This document shows positions 10,982 through 23,574 of a stretch of 64,000 nucleotides of DNA, in pieces (position 1 is the first letter of the stretch; each line of letters starts with the position of its first letter). The position numbers and the translations under genes are program-made. The notes beneath the pieces were generated by a model, which saw only the letters and a program-made list of their open reading frames with translations, did no database searches and had not been told where the DNA came from. This stretch comes from an uncultured Verrucomicrobiae bacterium (GTDB lineage: Bacteria; Verrucomicrobiota; Verrucomicrobiia; Limisphaerales; JAFGQR01). The stretch covers positions 26,349-90,348 of the forward strand of contig CAWBHS010000004.1 in assembly GCA_963788655.1 (NCBI GenBank), read 5' to 3'.

Positions 10982-12344
10982 GGATGCGTGGCAATACGAT
11001 GCCAAAGGTGGTGCCGATGCCCTGCTCGGTTTGATACAGCAAGGCGCCGCCGTGTTTCTCGACGATGCGGGCGGCAATGGATAATCCCAGTCCGCTGCCT
11101 CCCTGCTTGGTGGTGAAGAACGGGTCGAACAACCGTTGCTCAATGTCCGGGGGAATGCCGCCGCCCGTGTCCCGCACTTCCAGGATGACCACTTCGGTCA
11201 ACCGGTTGTCCAGGCGTTTGGCCCCGGTGTGCAGGCGCAACGTAATGGCCCCATTTTGGCCGATGGCGTCCGCGGCGTTTTGCACGAGGTTGATGAGCAC
11301 TTGTTGGATTTGTTGCACGTCAATTTCAACCCATGCCGGGCCGGCGAGCTCGAGCTGCAGTTGAATGTCAGACTTTTTCAGTTGCGGGGAAAGCAGTTTG
11401 TGGACTTCGCGCAAGGGAACCTCGGCTCCCGTGATGGTGCGCTCCGGATCAGAGGGCCGGGCAAAGAGGAGGAAGTCCTTGACGATACGTTCCAGGCGAT
11501 CGATTTGCTGGTTGATGGTTTCCGCGTCGGTTTGCTCGGGGGAATTCGCCGGCAACAGTCGCTTCAAGGTAAACAGCCGGGCCTTGATGGCAGTGAGGGG
11601 GTTGCGGATTTCATGGGCGACGCCGGCGGCCAGCATGCCCAGCGAAGCGAGTTTTTCCTGCCGCTCGAGGAGGGAGCGGCTTTCGACCAGCTTGAGTTGG
11701 AGCGGCGCTATTTTTCGGTGGTAGGCAATCACGGCGAGCCAGGCGCCCAGGCCGATCACGACCACCGTCGTGCTTAGCAGCAGGATGCCGAGATCCCGGA
11801 GCAGGCGATCCGAACTATTGAAGAGGTTCTGCATGTACAGAATACGGGCGTCGGCCAATTGGTAGCCATGATCATTCAACTCTTCGGAAGCCTGTTGAAC
11901 CGGATTGAAATCAATCAAGGGCATCTGGTTGGTGCCCTGTTTCAGGTCGCGGACCGCGTGATAAAAGTCCTCGGCCGCCATCATGTAGTTCGTGTGGGCC
12001 GTATCAATCGCATTGAGAACGCGTCGTTCCTTTTCCGAGGTGTACAGCAACTTGCGCTCGTCGATGTAAGCGTCCAGGGCTCCGCTCTCTTTGGTGAACT
12101 GCGCCCACTCCGCGGGAAGCTTGTCGATCCCGTAATGAAGCAAGATATTGTTGAGCCGGAACGTGGCCAGTTGGAAACGGCGCATCACATGAAAGCTATC
12201 GCTGGGGGCCGCGGCCAGTTGATTGCGCACCCAATTGATGCGTTGCCAGGAGGAATGGGCTTTCCAAATCACGGCGCCCAAACCCAACGCGATCGCCAGC
12301 ACAAAGAAGAGGACACGCACTTTTAAACTCAGGCTCAGTTTCAT
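10959..12344 (-). CDS. Membrane sensor histidine kinase
   Basis: Two TM segments, H-box AHEIRNPL, NLVQNA, DTGGGI, FFTTK, GSGLGL. Confidence 0.92.
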   Translation of the reverse strand: MKLSLSLKVRVLFFVLAIALGLGAVIWKAHSSWQRINWVRNQLAAAPSDSFHVMRRFQLATFRLNNILLHYGIDKLPAEWAQFTKESGALDAYIDERKLLYTSEKERRVLNAIDTAHTNYMMAAEDFYHAVRDLKQGTNQMPLIDFNPVQQASEELNDHGYQLADARILYMQNLFNSSDRLLRDLGILLLSTTVVVIGLGAWLAVIAYHRKIAPLQLKLVESRSLLERQEKLASLGMLAAGVAHEIRNPLTAIKARLFTLKRLLPANSPEQTDAETINQQIDRLERIVKDFLLFARPSDPERTITGAEVPLREVHKLLSPQLKKSDIQLQLELAGPAWVEIDVQQIQQVLINLVQNAADAIGQNGAITLRLHTGAKRLDNRLTEVVILEVRDTGGGIPPDIEQRLFDPFFTTKQGGSGLGLSIAARIVEKHGGALLYQTEQGIGTTFGIVLPRIHEPETQA

Positions 12345-12468
12345 TTTATCACTTCTGGTAAGGAACTGATCAGTTCCTGGTTGCTTCTTTACCATACAAA
12401 CAGCCGCCCGCGTAGTAAGTTTCTACCGAACAGGTTGATTCCCAAAGAGACGCCAACCCTCACTTCAT

Positions 12469-12484
12469 TGGCACACCGATAGCT
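12469..12484 (+). promoter_or_regulatory. Putative sigma54 (-24/-12) promoter
   Basis: TGGCAC-accga-TAGCT with GG-N10-GC spacing, divergent from a sigma54 activator operon. Confidence 0.5.
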
Positions 12485-12833
12485 TAAAGAGAGGGGTCAC
12501 TGCCGAAATGGGGTACGGCGGGACGGAAAATAACGACAACATGAATCAACGAATTCGAAAACCGACCCCGTCAACGTGGACCGAAGGGATGCGCAGTCGG
12601 AACGGGATGGCGCATACGAGTGAGCCGACGGAAACCGATTTCACAAATAAAGGAGTTAATTCGTTGACTGGACCGGGTTTCACGATTCTCCACACAATGT
12701 CGCGAAGCGGCTCGCGATGCAGATTGCAAGTGGACCGGTCCCGGTTGACTTCACTTGCGGTTGAGCCATCCCCTGGCTCAACCGCAGGTGCCCGCCCGCG
12801 GCATAGAACCACGCCTGCCATCCCCAAAAAATA

Positions 12834-13277
12834 ATGAACAAGATGATTTTAATCGCCGACGACGATCAGTCCGTGCAGACCTCGCTGGCACGGGTGCTGG
12901 AAGTGGAAGGCTATGAAGTAGTGTGCGCGGCGGACGGCACGGAAGCTGTCCACGAAGCGGTGACGCGGTTGCCGCACTTGGTCTTGTTGGACCTCAACAT
13001 GCCCAATCGAGACGGTTGGCAGGCTTTTGAATTACTGGAACGGCTGTGTCCGTTGTTGCCGGTGATTGTGATCACGGCCCGACCGCACCAGTATCAGCGC
13101 GCTGCCGGCCAGGGAGTGGACGCCTTGATGGAAAAACCGCTGGATCTGCCAGTGCTGCTCGATACCATTCGCCGCTTGATCAAGGAATCCGAAACTGACC
13201 GCATTCGGCGCCTGACCCGCGGCGATTTCCGCACCGAATTGCTGCCCTCTGTAAACGAAAAGGAGGCCCTCCCTTGA
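12834..13277 (+). CDS. Response regulator receiver protein
   Basis: IADDD, LLDLNMP..DG, ITA, EKP. Confidence 0.88.
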   Translation: MNKMILIADDDQSVQTSLARVLEVEGYEVVCAADGTEAVHEAVTRLPHLVLLDLNMPNRDGWQAFELLERLCPLLPVIVITARPHQYQRAAGQGVDALMEKPLDLPVLLDTIRRLIKESETDRIRRLTRGDFRTELLPSVNEKEALP

Positions 13278-13313
13278 CCATCGATGTCTTGATGAGATAG
13301 AGTTACCCAGCGC

Positions 13314-13868
13314 ATGATGAAAACCATTTTGTTAGTGGACGACGATGTGTCGGTTCGGGAGTCGGTGTCACAGGTATTGGTCGCCGAGGGGTATGAAGTG
13401 TTGTTGGCTGAAGATGGAGATACCGCGCTGGAACTGGCCAGGAACTACTCGGTGAACCTGGCGCTGCTGGACTTGCGCATGCCCAAGAAAAGTGGGTGGG
13501 ATACCTTCGAGCCGTTGACCCGCGAACACCCCACGTTACCGGTGATCATCATGACGGGCCGTTCCAATCAACGCTTTACCTCGCTGGCCGCCGGGGTGGG
13601 GGCGTTGATCGAGAAACCTTTTGAAATGAGCAAATTGATCGAGATCATCGAGCAATTGCTGGCCCAACCCGCGGAAGCGCATCTGGCGCGGCTAGCCGGT
13701 GAAACCTCTGATTTGCGCTACGTTCCGCGCGGGGAGGAAGTGGAGCGCGAGCGGGCGGGCGCCCCGGTCCACCTTGTCGGCAACTATGCGACTGGCAAGG
13801 AATCGGGAGTGGCTGGACATCCTAACGGGGCCAAGACACTCACCCCGGCGAAGCCGCACGGCGAATAA
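13314..13868 (+). CDS. Response regulator receiver protein (paralog of the preceding gene)
   Basis: LVDDD, LLDLRMP..SG, MTG, EKPF. Confidence 0.88.
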   Translation: MMKTILLVDDDVSVRESVSQVLVAEGYEVLLAEDGDTALELARNYSVNLALLDLRMPKKSGWDTFEPLTREHPTLPVIIMTGRSNQRFTSLAAGVGALIEKPFEMSKLIEIIEQLLAQPAEAHLARLAGETSDLRYVPRGEEVERERAGAPVHLVGNYATGKESGVAGHPNGAKTLTPAKPHGE

Positions 13869-14152
13869 CACCCATTTCTAAGATTACTGAAGTTTGAACC
13901 GTGGCCGCGGCGGTGAAGCCACGACCACACTTCTTCTGCTGGCGGCAGTTTCGATCCAAGCGCCGTCTCGCTTCTCTGCCTACGCCAAAAAAACCGCATC
14001 TTTTCCTCGCAAAACACGCTTATTTGGGCCATGGTGTCCGCGTACCCAACGGAATGACTTGGCCCGGTTTCGTCTGCTCAGCAGGAGCTTACGCTTGGCA
14101 GAAGAACCGTCAGGTTTCCGATAAATGTGGCTTCAAAACTTGCGTTGTGACG

Positions 14153-17100
14153 ATGAAATTTGGTTGGTGGTCTTCAATTTGTATTTTCGCTCTGGCGTTT
14201 TCGGCCTTGGAAGTACGCGCCGAACAGGTGGTGTTTAGTGAAATCATGTATCACCCCGCCGGATTGCTGCCGGAATACCTGGAAATCTACAACCACACCG
14301 CTACCCCCCTGGACATTGCCCAGTGGCAATTGCGGGGTGGAGTGGATTATGAGTTTCCCGATTATTCCGCGAGCGATTCGATGCTGACGTTTCTCAAGCC
14401 GTATGAGCGAATCCTGGTTTGCGGTGTGGACGCGGCCACGTTGCGCACGGCTTACGGCATTCCTGCCACCGTCCGCATCTTCGGGCCGTGGACTGGCAAC
14501 CTCAACAACGCCGGGGAACGCCTGACGCTCAAAGACAAAAACGGCGTGACCGTTTGCACCGTGACGTTCAACGATCGCGGTAAATGGTCCCCCGCCGCCG
14601 ATGGGGCCGGGCACAGCCTGGTGCTGGTGAATCCAGACAGGCGGCTCGACGACTGGCGCAATTGGACCGCAAGCCAGCGACGCGGCGGTACACCGGGCAC
14701 CGAAGCCATCGCCGAACCCGAAACGCCGGTGGCCAATCCCGAGGTGAATCTCAGCCAGGGCATTCCCTTTGTGGAATACGGCGACGTTTGGAAATTCCAC
14801 GACCAAAACCAGAACCTCGGGACCGCTTGGAGGGCGACTGGTTACGATGATAGTAGTTGGAGCCAGGGACCGGGTCTGTTCGGTTTCGAAAACGCCGGCT
14901 TGCCCGCGCCCGGTATCCAAACGCCGCTGTTCAACGACACCGACGCCAACAACCTCATCACGTATTATCTGCGCAAGAGCTTTGCCTATAACGGCAGCCT
15001 GCAAAACGTCGCCCTCAGTATCGACCAAATCCTGGACGACGGCGCCATTTACTATTTGAACGGCCAGGAACTCGGGCGTGACAACATGCCCAGCGGAACC
15101 GTCGATTGGAAGACCACCGCGTCAGGCGCAGTGGGGGACGCCACCGAAAGGCTCAACGTCATCAGCGTGCCCGGCACTGCGTTGGTCCGCGGCAACAATG
15201 TGCTGGCCGTCGAAGTTCACCAGATCAATGCCACCAGCTCGGACGCAGTGTTTGGCTGCCGATTGAAAATCTCCGCGCCCAGCCAGAACAACGTGGTCAT
15301 CAATGAAGTTCTGCCCGGCGCGGCAGGCCTCGGATTTGTCGAGTTTTACAATCCCACGCTAGCTCCCATCAATCTGCGCGATTATTACGTTAGCGACGAT
15401 CCCGCGAACTTGGCCAAGCATCGCATCACCACTGATGTCATCGTTTCTGCGGGAGGATTTGCTTCGGTGGGTTTCGCCGAATCCGGGTTGTCGAGTGGTA
15501 GCACGCTCACCGTGTATCTGACCGACGCCGACGGAGTCACGGCCTTGAGCGGTATCAGCACCAGCGCTGCGTTGAATGGCCGGTCCATTGGCCGCAAACC
15601 CGCCGGGGGCGCTTCCTGGTTTTTGTTTGCCGATCCCACGCGCGACGCCCCGAATGAAACCCAAAGCGGTCTGGCAGCGGCGCTGCACTTGAGCGAAGTG
15701 CATTTCAGCACGTCAAATACTGTTGATTGGGTGGAATTTTACAATGCGAGCGGCAGCAGCCTTCCGTTGAACGGTTTGTTCCTCGCCGCCGACCGTGAGC
15801 TGACCAATAAGCTGGCATTGAGCGGGACGGTGTCCGCCGGTGGTTACGCCAGCGTGAATTGCAATTTCGCGACGTCTGATGGCGAAGTGACGTTGTTTCT
15901 GGTCACGTCCGCCAACACCGTGCTGGCCGCGCGGGTGTTCGAGCGGACTGCGTTGGGCAACTCGTTGCAAGCGTTTCCGGCCGGGGCGAATGAATGGTAC
16001 GGCGCGCCGGCCAGTTCCCGCGATGCCGCCAATAATCCGCCGCGGCAGGATTCGATTGTGATTAACGAGATCATGTACGATCCGCCGTCCGACGAAGTGG
16101 CGGGCGAGTTCATCGAGCTGTTCAATCGCGGCGCCACAACGGTGGACGTGTCGAACTGGCGGTTCACCGACGGCATCGACTTCACGATTCCCTCCGGCAC
16201 GACCATTCCGCCGAATGGCTTTTTGGTGGTCGCCGCCGATCAGGATTGGATGCGCTCGACCTACGGCACCATTGCGGTGGTGGGAAATTTCAGCGGCCGG
16301 TTGCGCAACACCGGCGACTTGATCCGCTTGGTTGATCAATGGGGCAACCTGGTGGACGAAGTGGATTATCAGCCGGGCGGCACCTGGCCCAATTTAGCCA
16401 ACGGCGGCGGCACCAGCATGGAATTGCGCAATCCGTGGATGGACAACCATTTCGCGTCCGCCTGGGCCGACAGCAACGAAACCAACAAAGCCGGTTTCCA
16501 GCACTACAGTTACTCCGATGTGTTTCGCCAGCTCAAGGCCGACGGCGGCGTAACCGATTACCGGGAACTGCATTTCCATCTGGTGGGCGACAGCCATGTG
16601 GTGCTGCAAAACATCCAGGTCCGCCAAAACGGCATCGGCGCGAACCTGATCCAGAATGGCGACCGCATGTCCACCGACTGTTGCAGCGCCAGCGGTTGGC
16701 TGGCCCAGGGCACGCACTACGCCAGCACCATGCAGAACGGCCAATTGCACATCCTGGCGGATGGCCACGGCGACAACCGGCCCAATCGCGTCGAGATCGA
16801 CGTGACCGCCATGCAACCCAGTTCGACGTACGAAATCAGTTTCGATGGCCGCTGGGTGGCCGGTTCTTCGCGGCTCGTCGCCCAGACCTGGGACCACAGC
16901 ATCGCAACGAGCTTCTCGCTGGAGATTCCCCCGAACCTCGGTACGCCCGGCACGATGAATTCGCAGTTCATCCCCACACCCGCGCCGCAAGTGGATGGCC
17001 TGTTGCACAATCCCGCCGTGCCTGCCGCCGGGGAAACGGTCACGGTCACCGCGCGCATCACCTCCGCCTCGCCGGGTCCGCAAGTGCGATTATTCCATCG

Positions 17101-20100
17101 GCTCGACAACAGCAGCGGCGACGGCGCCTGGAGCAGCAAGACGATGTTCGATGATGGCCTTTCCGGCGGTGATGCCACCACCGGCGATGGCATCTACACC
17201 GCGCAACTCACCGAATACGGCGGCAACGGCCAGGTGGTGCAATTCTACGTGCAGGCTACCGCCGGCGGGCAGTCCAGTCAGATGCCCAAATGGGGCGCGG
17301 ACCGGCCGGCGATGTATGTGGTGGACACGCCCGAGCACCATTGGCGATTTGCGGAAGATGCGCTTCGTGGTTTCGGCGCTCGACGTGCGCACCATCAGCG
17401 ATCAGGACAATCCCACGGGGACGTACGGCTACAAGTTCCCGCGCCTGTCCAATCATTACTTCAACATGACGCTCATCATCAACGAGCGAAACGTGGTCTA
17501 TAATTGCGAGATTCGCACCAGTGGCAGTCCGTGGACCCGCGGCGGCGGACTGGATCGCGGCAAATTCAAACTCCCCAAGGACCAGCTCTTTCGCGGCAAG
17601 GAAAAGCTCATGTACGACAACGACGCCGGTGGTGGCAGCCGGCATCATAACCGGATTGCCCGTTACTGGCTTTATCTGCTGGGCCACCCGGTCAATGAGA
17701 ACGAATTCATCCAGATGGAGGTCAACAACGGCGGCGTCAGTTTGCGCGAGGAAGTCGAACCGGTGGGCAACGATTTGTTGGACCGCAATTTTGAAAACGG
17801 CACCCAGGGCGAATTATACCGCATCGACGACGAGTGGTGGTTTCAAGACAACTGGGGCCGCAGTCAGCGCGATGCGGACTGGGTGTATAAAGGCACCGAC
17901 AATGCCGGCCGTTATCGCACCGAATGGATGAAACGTTCGCGCGAAGACGACGACGATTTCACCGCGCTGATCGGCTTTTTCAAAAAGCTGTCGCAAGGTT
18001 ACACCCAGTCCGAAATCGAGCGACTGATCGATTCCGAGATGGTCATGAAAATGGCCGCCGTCCGCGGCTACATTTACGACTGGGACTCGTTCTCAGTGAA
18101 CCGCGGCAAGAACGGTTACTTCTATCGCAAGCCGACCGATGGGCGGTTCATGTTCTGGCATTGGGATAGCGACCTGGCGTTTCAGGATGCGAACGCGACC
18201 TTCCTGGCGGGCAAGCCCGGCTTTCCCGGCTACGTCCAACAATCCTACAACCTGCGTCGTTTCAAACATTACCTGGCGCTGGTGGTCGAGGATTACGCGC
18301 GCAATTCACCCCGCATGAATGCCTGGCTCCAGGCCGAGGAAAACGCCAGTTCGCAATACACCGTCAGCGCCACGTACCAAACCTGGTTCAACAACCGCGA
18401 AACGCCCGCCCTCAATTTCCTGGGTGCCAACCGGAACGCAGCGTTCAACGTGACCACCGGGGGCGGCGGGGTGATTTCCACCAGCGGCGCCACGGTGAAC
18501 CTGTCGGGCACGGCGCCCTTGCGGGTTTACCAGGTCACGGTCGCCGGCCATCCGGAAGCGACGTTCTCCTGGATCAACGAAACCAGTTGGACGCTGAATG
18601 GCATCGGGCTGTCCAGCGGAGCGAATGTGCTCACCGTCAATGCCGTCGATGATTTCGGTCAGGTGCTGCACACCGACACGGTCACCGTCAACAAAAGTGG
18701 CAACGCCCCACCGGTAATGGCGCTCGCAGCCAATCCCGATTCCTGGCACGTCTCGGTGGTAGCACCGTTGGAACTCGATGCGCACAACAGCTTCGATCCC
18801 GACGGCGGACCGCTGACGTATTCGTGGACCGTTTCACCGGCAGATGCCCAACTCGAAACGAGTTCGCAGGACCGCGCGACAGCAATCTTCCCCCGGCCCG
18901 GCCTTTATACGTTCACCGTGAACGGCCGTGATCCCGGCAACGCGGTGACCACGATCCAACGTGAGGCGGCCGTGTATGCACCGGACGGTTTCAGCCCGTT
19001 CAACGACGCGGTGCTCGAGCCGTATTGGAATCGCAGCAGCGTCGAGCCGCGCATGAATTACAACACCGGCACCTATTATTCACTCAGCGAAATGGACGGC
19101 CACTTGGTGGTGCAGGTGTTGGACGACCGCGCGCGACCGTTGGGCGCCGCCACACCGGCATATCCGCTGATTTGGCGGACCATGCCGCCGCAAACGGATT
19201 GGGCGTTGATGACCAAGGTGGGTGTGATCGGGCAGTTGTTCGGCGATTATTCGACCGGCCTCATGGTTGAAATGATCGAGGAAGGCAGCCCGGTGCGGTA
19301 CGCGTTCGGTATCGAGAATGGCAGCATCCTGAGCGTCAAACGGGCGACCTCGTCAGGCGTTGCCGGAGCGTTGAAGAGCGCGTCACTGACCACGACGGAA
19401 ATCGCGATTCGCATTCGCCGGGCGGGCAACGTGCTGTATTTCGAAAAGCAGGAAAACGGCGTCTGGTCGCTGGTACATTCCACTGGACTGGCCTCCGGCG
19501 AACCGGCGACCAAAGGGGGGCTGTTCGTGGCCACGGACACACCGCAAATCATCCGGGCCGCGTTTGATTACGCGCTGCTGGTGGACTCTTCAGCCACTTC
19601 CGACCTGCGGGAGAATTTGCGCCTCAGTGAAATCATGTACAATCCCGAGGGCGGCCTGGAGTTTGAATATGTCGAATTGGTAAACATCGGCGACACCACT
19701 TTGGACCTGACGGGCGTTCACTTTACCGACGGCGTCACGTACACGTTTGGCAGCACCCGGCTCGGGCCGCGGCAATATCTCGTGGTGCCGTATTACGATC
19801 AGGCCTTTGCCGCGCGCTACAGCACCGCCGGTGTAAACCTGGCGCCCGGCGGCTTTGCTCCGAGCCGGTTGAATAACGCCGGCGAAACCATCGAATTGTC
19901 CGACGCGCAAGGCGCGGTGATCCTGTCGGTGACGTACGGCTCGTCCGGCGTCTGGCCCGCTGAGGCCGACGGCGGGGGGAGTTCGCTCGAAGTAGTTGAT
20001 CCGGCCGGTAACTTAAATGATCCGGCCAATTGGCGCGCCAGCCCGGAATCCAACGGTTCACCGGGACGCGCCGGCGGTGAACTGTTGGGAACCGTGGTGG

Positions 20101-22996
20101 TGAACGAGGTTCTGACCCACACGGATTATCCCTTCGAAGATGCCATCGAATTGTTCAACCGCACCGAGGCAGCCATCGACGTCAGCGGTTGGTTCCTGAG
20201 CGACTCGCGCGATGATTTGAAACGCTTCCGTATTCCGAACGGCACAGTGATTGGCGCCGGTGACTTCGCCGTGTTTTACGAAGTCGATTTCAACACCAAC
20301 AATCCGCTCGTACCGTTCTCGCTCAGTTCGGCCAATGGCGACCAAGTCTATCTCTCCGCCGCGGACGCCAACGGCAACCTGACCGGCTACCAGTCCCGCG
20401 TTGATTTCGGACCGGCGGAGAATGGGGTTTCCTTTGGGCGCTATGAAACGAGCGTGGGCCGCGATTTTACGGCAATGGCCGAACGGACTTTCGGCATGGA
20501 CTCCCCCGCGACAGTTGGCCAATTTCGCTCTGGCACCGGGTTGGTCAACAGCGCGCCGCGCGTGGGTCCGGTGGTGATCAACGAGGTGCTGTTTCATCCG
20601 CCCGACATCGGCGGCACCAACGACAACACCTTTGCGGAGTTCATTGAATTGCATAACGTCACGACGAACAGCGTGACGCTTTACGATTCGGCGTTCCCAA
20701 CAAATACCTGGCGTGTGCGCGGGGGTGTGGACTTTGATTTTCCGCAGGGCACGACATTGCCGTCGCGCGGATACCTGCTGTTGGTGAGTTTCGATCCGAC
20801 CACCAACGCCACCGAGTTGGCGGCGTTCCGCAGCAACTACGGATTGCCTACGAGTGCGACCATCCTGGGTCCCTACGCCGGCAAACTGCAAAACAGCAGC
20901 GAGACGTTGAAGCTCCTCAAACCGGACGCCCCGCAAGGGTCCGGGGCCGGAGGAAGGGCTGGTGCCTTACGTGTTGGTGGATCTGCTGCATTATGGCGAC
21001 GCGTACCCTTGGCCGGTGAGCCCGGATGGCAACGGTGACTCGCTCCAACGACGCCGGCCATTCGACTACGGCAACGATCCGGCCAATTGGAAAGGCGAAC
21101 CTCCGACCGCCGGGCGGGCCAACGTCGCCGCAAGTGATTTCACTGACACCGATGGCGATGGTTTGCCGGACACCTACGAATTGGCCAACAGTTTGAACAT
21201 AAGCGATCCGACTGACGCTGCGGCGGATGCCGACCACGATGGCCGCTCCAATGAGGCCGAATTCCTCGACGGCACGGGACCGCAAAACGCTGCCGATTAT
21301 CTATCAGGTGCCGGCCATTGAAACCGCGCCGGCGGACCGGATCGCATCGGCGGGAACGGTGGTGAACTTCACCGTGACGGCCAATGGCACGGAGCCGTTA
21401 AGCTATCAATGGCGCGTCAATGGATTGGCGATGCCGGGTGCCACGAATGCTTCGTTGACCCTGACCAACGTGCAAGCTTCGGAGGCCGGCGACTACCATG
21501 TGGTCGTTCACAATGCCGCCGGTTTTGTGATCAGTGAAGTCGCCCGACTAACGGTCAATCAACCGCTCGAAATCCTCGCCCAGCCGTTGAGCCAGTACGC
21601 CGATTTGGGCAGCATGGTCACCCTCAATGTGCTGGCTCAGGGCACCGGCACGCTGCGCTATCAGTGGCAACGTGACGGAGTGAATTTGACTGGTGCTACT
21701 AACGCCTCGCTTGTCTTGTCGGAGGTGCAAGCCGGGGATAGCGGCAATTACGCGGTCGTGGTGACGGACGATGTCCAATCGCAGGTTAGTGCCAGCGCCA
21801 CGTTGACGGTGCTGAGTCCGCCCATCATCTTGCAGCAACCGCAAAGTCAGACAGTAGTGGCTTATACCGATGTCTATTTCACGGTGATCGCCGGAGGGCA
21901 AGGACCGTTCGCTTACCAATGGCGGCTCAACGGGGTGAACATTGTGGGCGCCAACAGTGCGATGCTGCAATTGCCCAATGTGCAATCAGGGCAGGCGGGC
22001 AGTTACAGCGTGGAGGTGTCCAATCCGGTCAGTTCGGTCGTGAGCAGCAACGCGCTGCTAACGATTCAAATTCCGGCCACCATTACCGAACAGCCCGTCA
22101 GCCAGATGGTGGATCCGGGAGCAACCGTCACGTTCCGCGTGGTGGCAATCAGCACTTCCACCATGACCTACCAGTGGCGGCTTAACGATCAAGACATCCC
22201 CGGCGCTACGGGCAGCACGTTGACGCTGGCGAACGTACAGGAAGCCGACAGCGGCCAGTACCAAGTGATCGTGACGGACGCGATTGGCTCAGCGGCCAGT
22301 GAAGTCGTGCTTTTGACCGTGTTGACCGCGCCGGCGATAACGCAACAGCCAGTCAGTGTTTCCGTCGTCGAAGGCGGCACCGCGGTGATCAGCGTCGAAA
22401 CCAGCGGGGCGCTGCCGATGGGCTATCGCTGGCGGTTCGGCCATGTCACCATTGAAACGAACCTGGTGTATTCGCACCAATCGTTCCTCACTTTGGAAAA
22501 TGTAACCACCAATGACGCCGGCCTCTACGAAGTCATCATCACCAACATCACCACCGGATTGCCCGGCCTGGCCAAACAGTCGGACCACGCCGAATTGGTT
22601 GTCCTGGCCGACAGCGATCACGACGGCATGCCGGATGTTTGGGAGGATGCTAACGGGCTAAATTCGCAAGACCCGGCCGATGCGGACCGCGACGACGACG
22701 AGGATGAGATGAGCAATTACGAAGAATACTGTGCCGGAACAGATCCCGGCGTCGGCGCCAGTTACTTGCACGTCGCGACGTTGGAGACCGGAGACAGCGT
22801 CACGCTCAATTTCCTGGCGACCTCGAATCGCACCTACACCGTCGAGTACACCGACGGTCTGGACCACGTTCTATGGCTAAAGCTTGCTGACTTGGTGGCG
22901 CATTCGACGAACCAGGTCGAATCCTTGCCTGATCCGCAATGGAATCCCCAGCGTTACTATCGCCTGGCCACGCCGCGGCAGCCCGATCCGGATTGA
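14153..22996 (+). CDS. Giant secreted protein: multiple lamin-tail domains, CotH kinase-like domain, PKD, Ig repeats, DxDxDG Ca-binding repeats (frameshifts near 17335, 20945, 21305)
   Basis: Signal peptide MKFGWW...VRA; repeated (I/F)(N/S)EIMY.P...E(F/Y)IEL motifs; CotH-like WD...KN.YFY...WDSDLAF; Ig repeats YQWR.NG..I.GAT..L...G.Y; stitched from ORFs 13901, 16995, 20962 and 21227. Confidence 0.8.
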
Positions 22997-23574
22997 GGTT
23001 GGGCATTGGGGGAAACGGTTATAGCATTAGTTCGGGCAAATTTGAGGCGCGTTCAATCCACGCCATACGAACCGCCAAAGCGGTAGTTTAGGAGTTCAGC
23101 ACCTGCCACTGTGCGAATCGCGTTCAGGCCGGAGCATTTGGATTTCGGGCTTCGGTTTTTGAGCTCGGTCCCGACACGTTGTTTGCGACATTCGAGCAGC
23201 CAGGCAGCACAACCGCAGAAAATATTCAAAAATAGTTCTAGATTTCAGTTGTCAGTCAGTTCAGGAATCCTTCCAAGCAACTGCTTCCCCATAGAAAGCG
23301 GTTTGTGAGGTAAACAGTTCTTTGGAATTTGATCATTTGCGTAGCTTTTGGCGAGCTACGACCTCGTGGAAAAAAACCGACCAAAACTTCTTTACTGCGG
23401 AATTCGCCAAGGCGCGCCCCAATGGGCGCCGCCTTGTGCATTTCCGCAGCGGGTGCCTTGGTCGGTTCCCGTCCACGAGGTGCGCGGGTGTGCGCCTCTT
23501 TGTTTGTTGGATGAGGCTCGCCCGCTTGAACGCCACTGAGGTTAACATGCAGTCAATGGAGAAAGGATCAGTTG

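Noticed and set aside
12508..12834. 108-aa ORF upstream of the receiver genes
   Set aside because: No recognisable motif, atypical composition, and overlaps hairpins; not called as a CDS
22997..23574. Hairpins upstream of the LamG/Rhs operon as a riboswitch or tRNA
   Set aside because: Two short stems are present (near 23340 and 23408) but I recognise no riboswitch or tRNA consensus; an Rfam search would be needed
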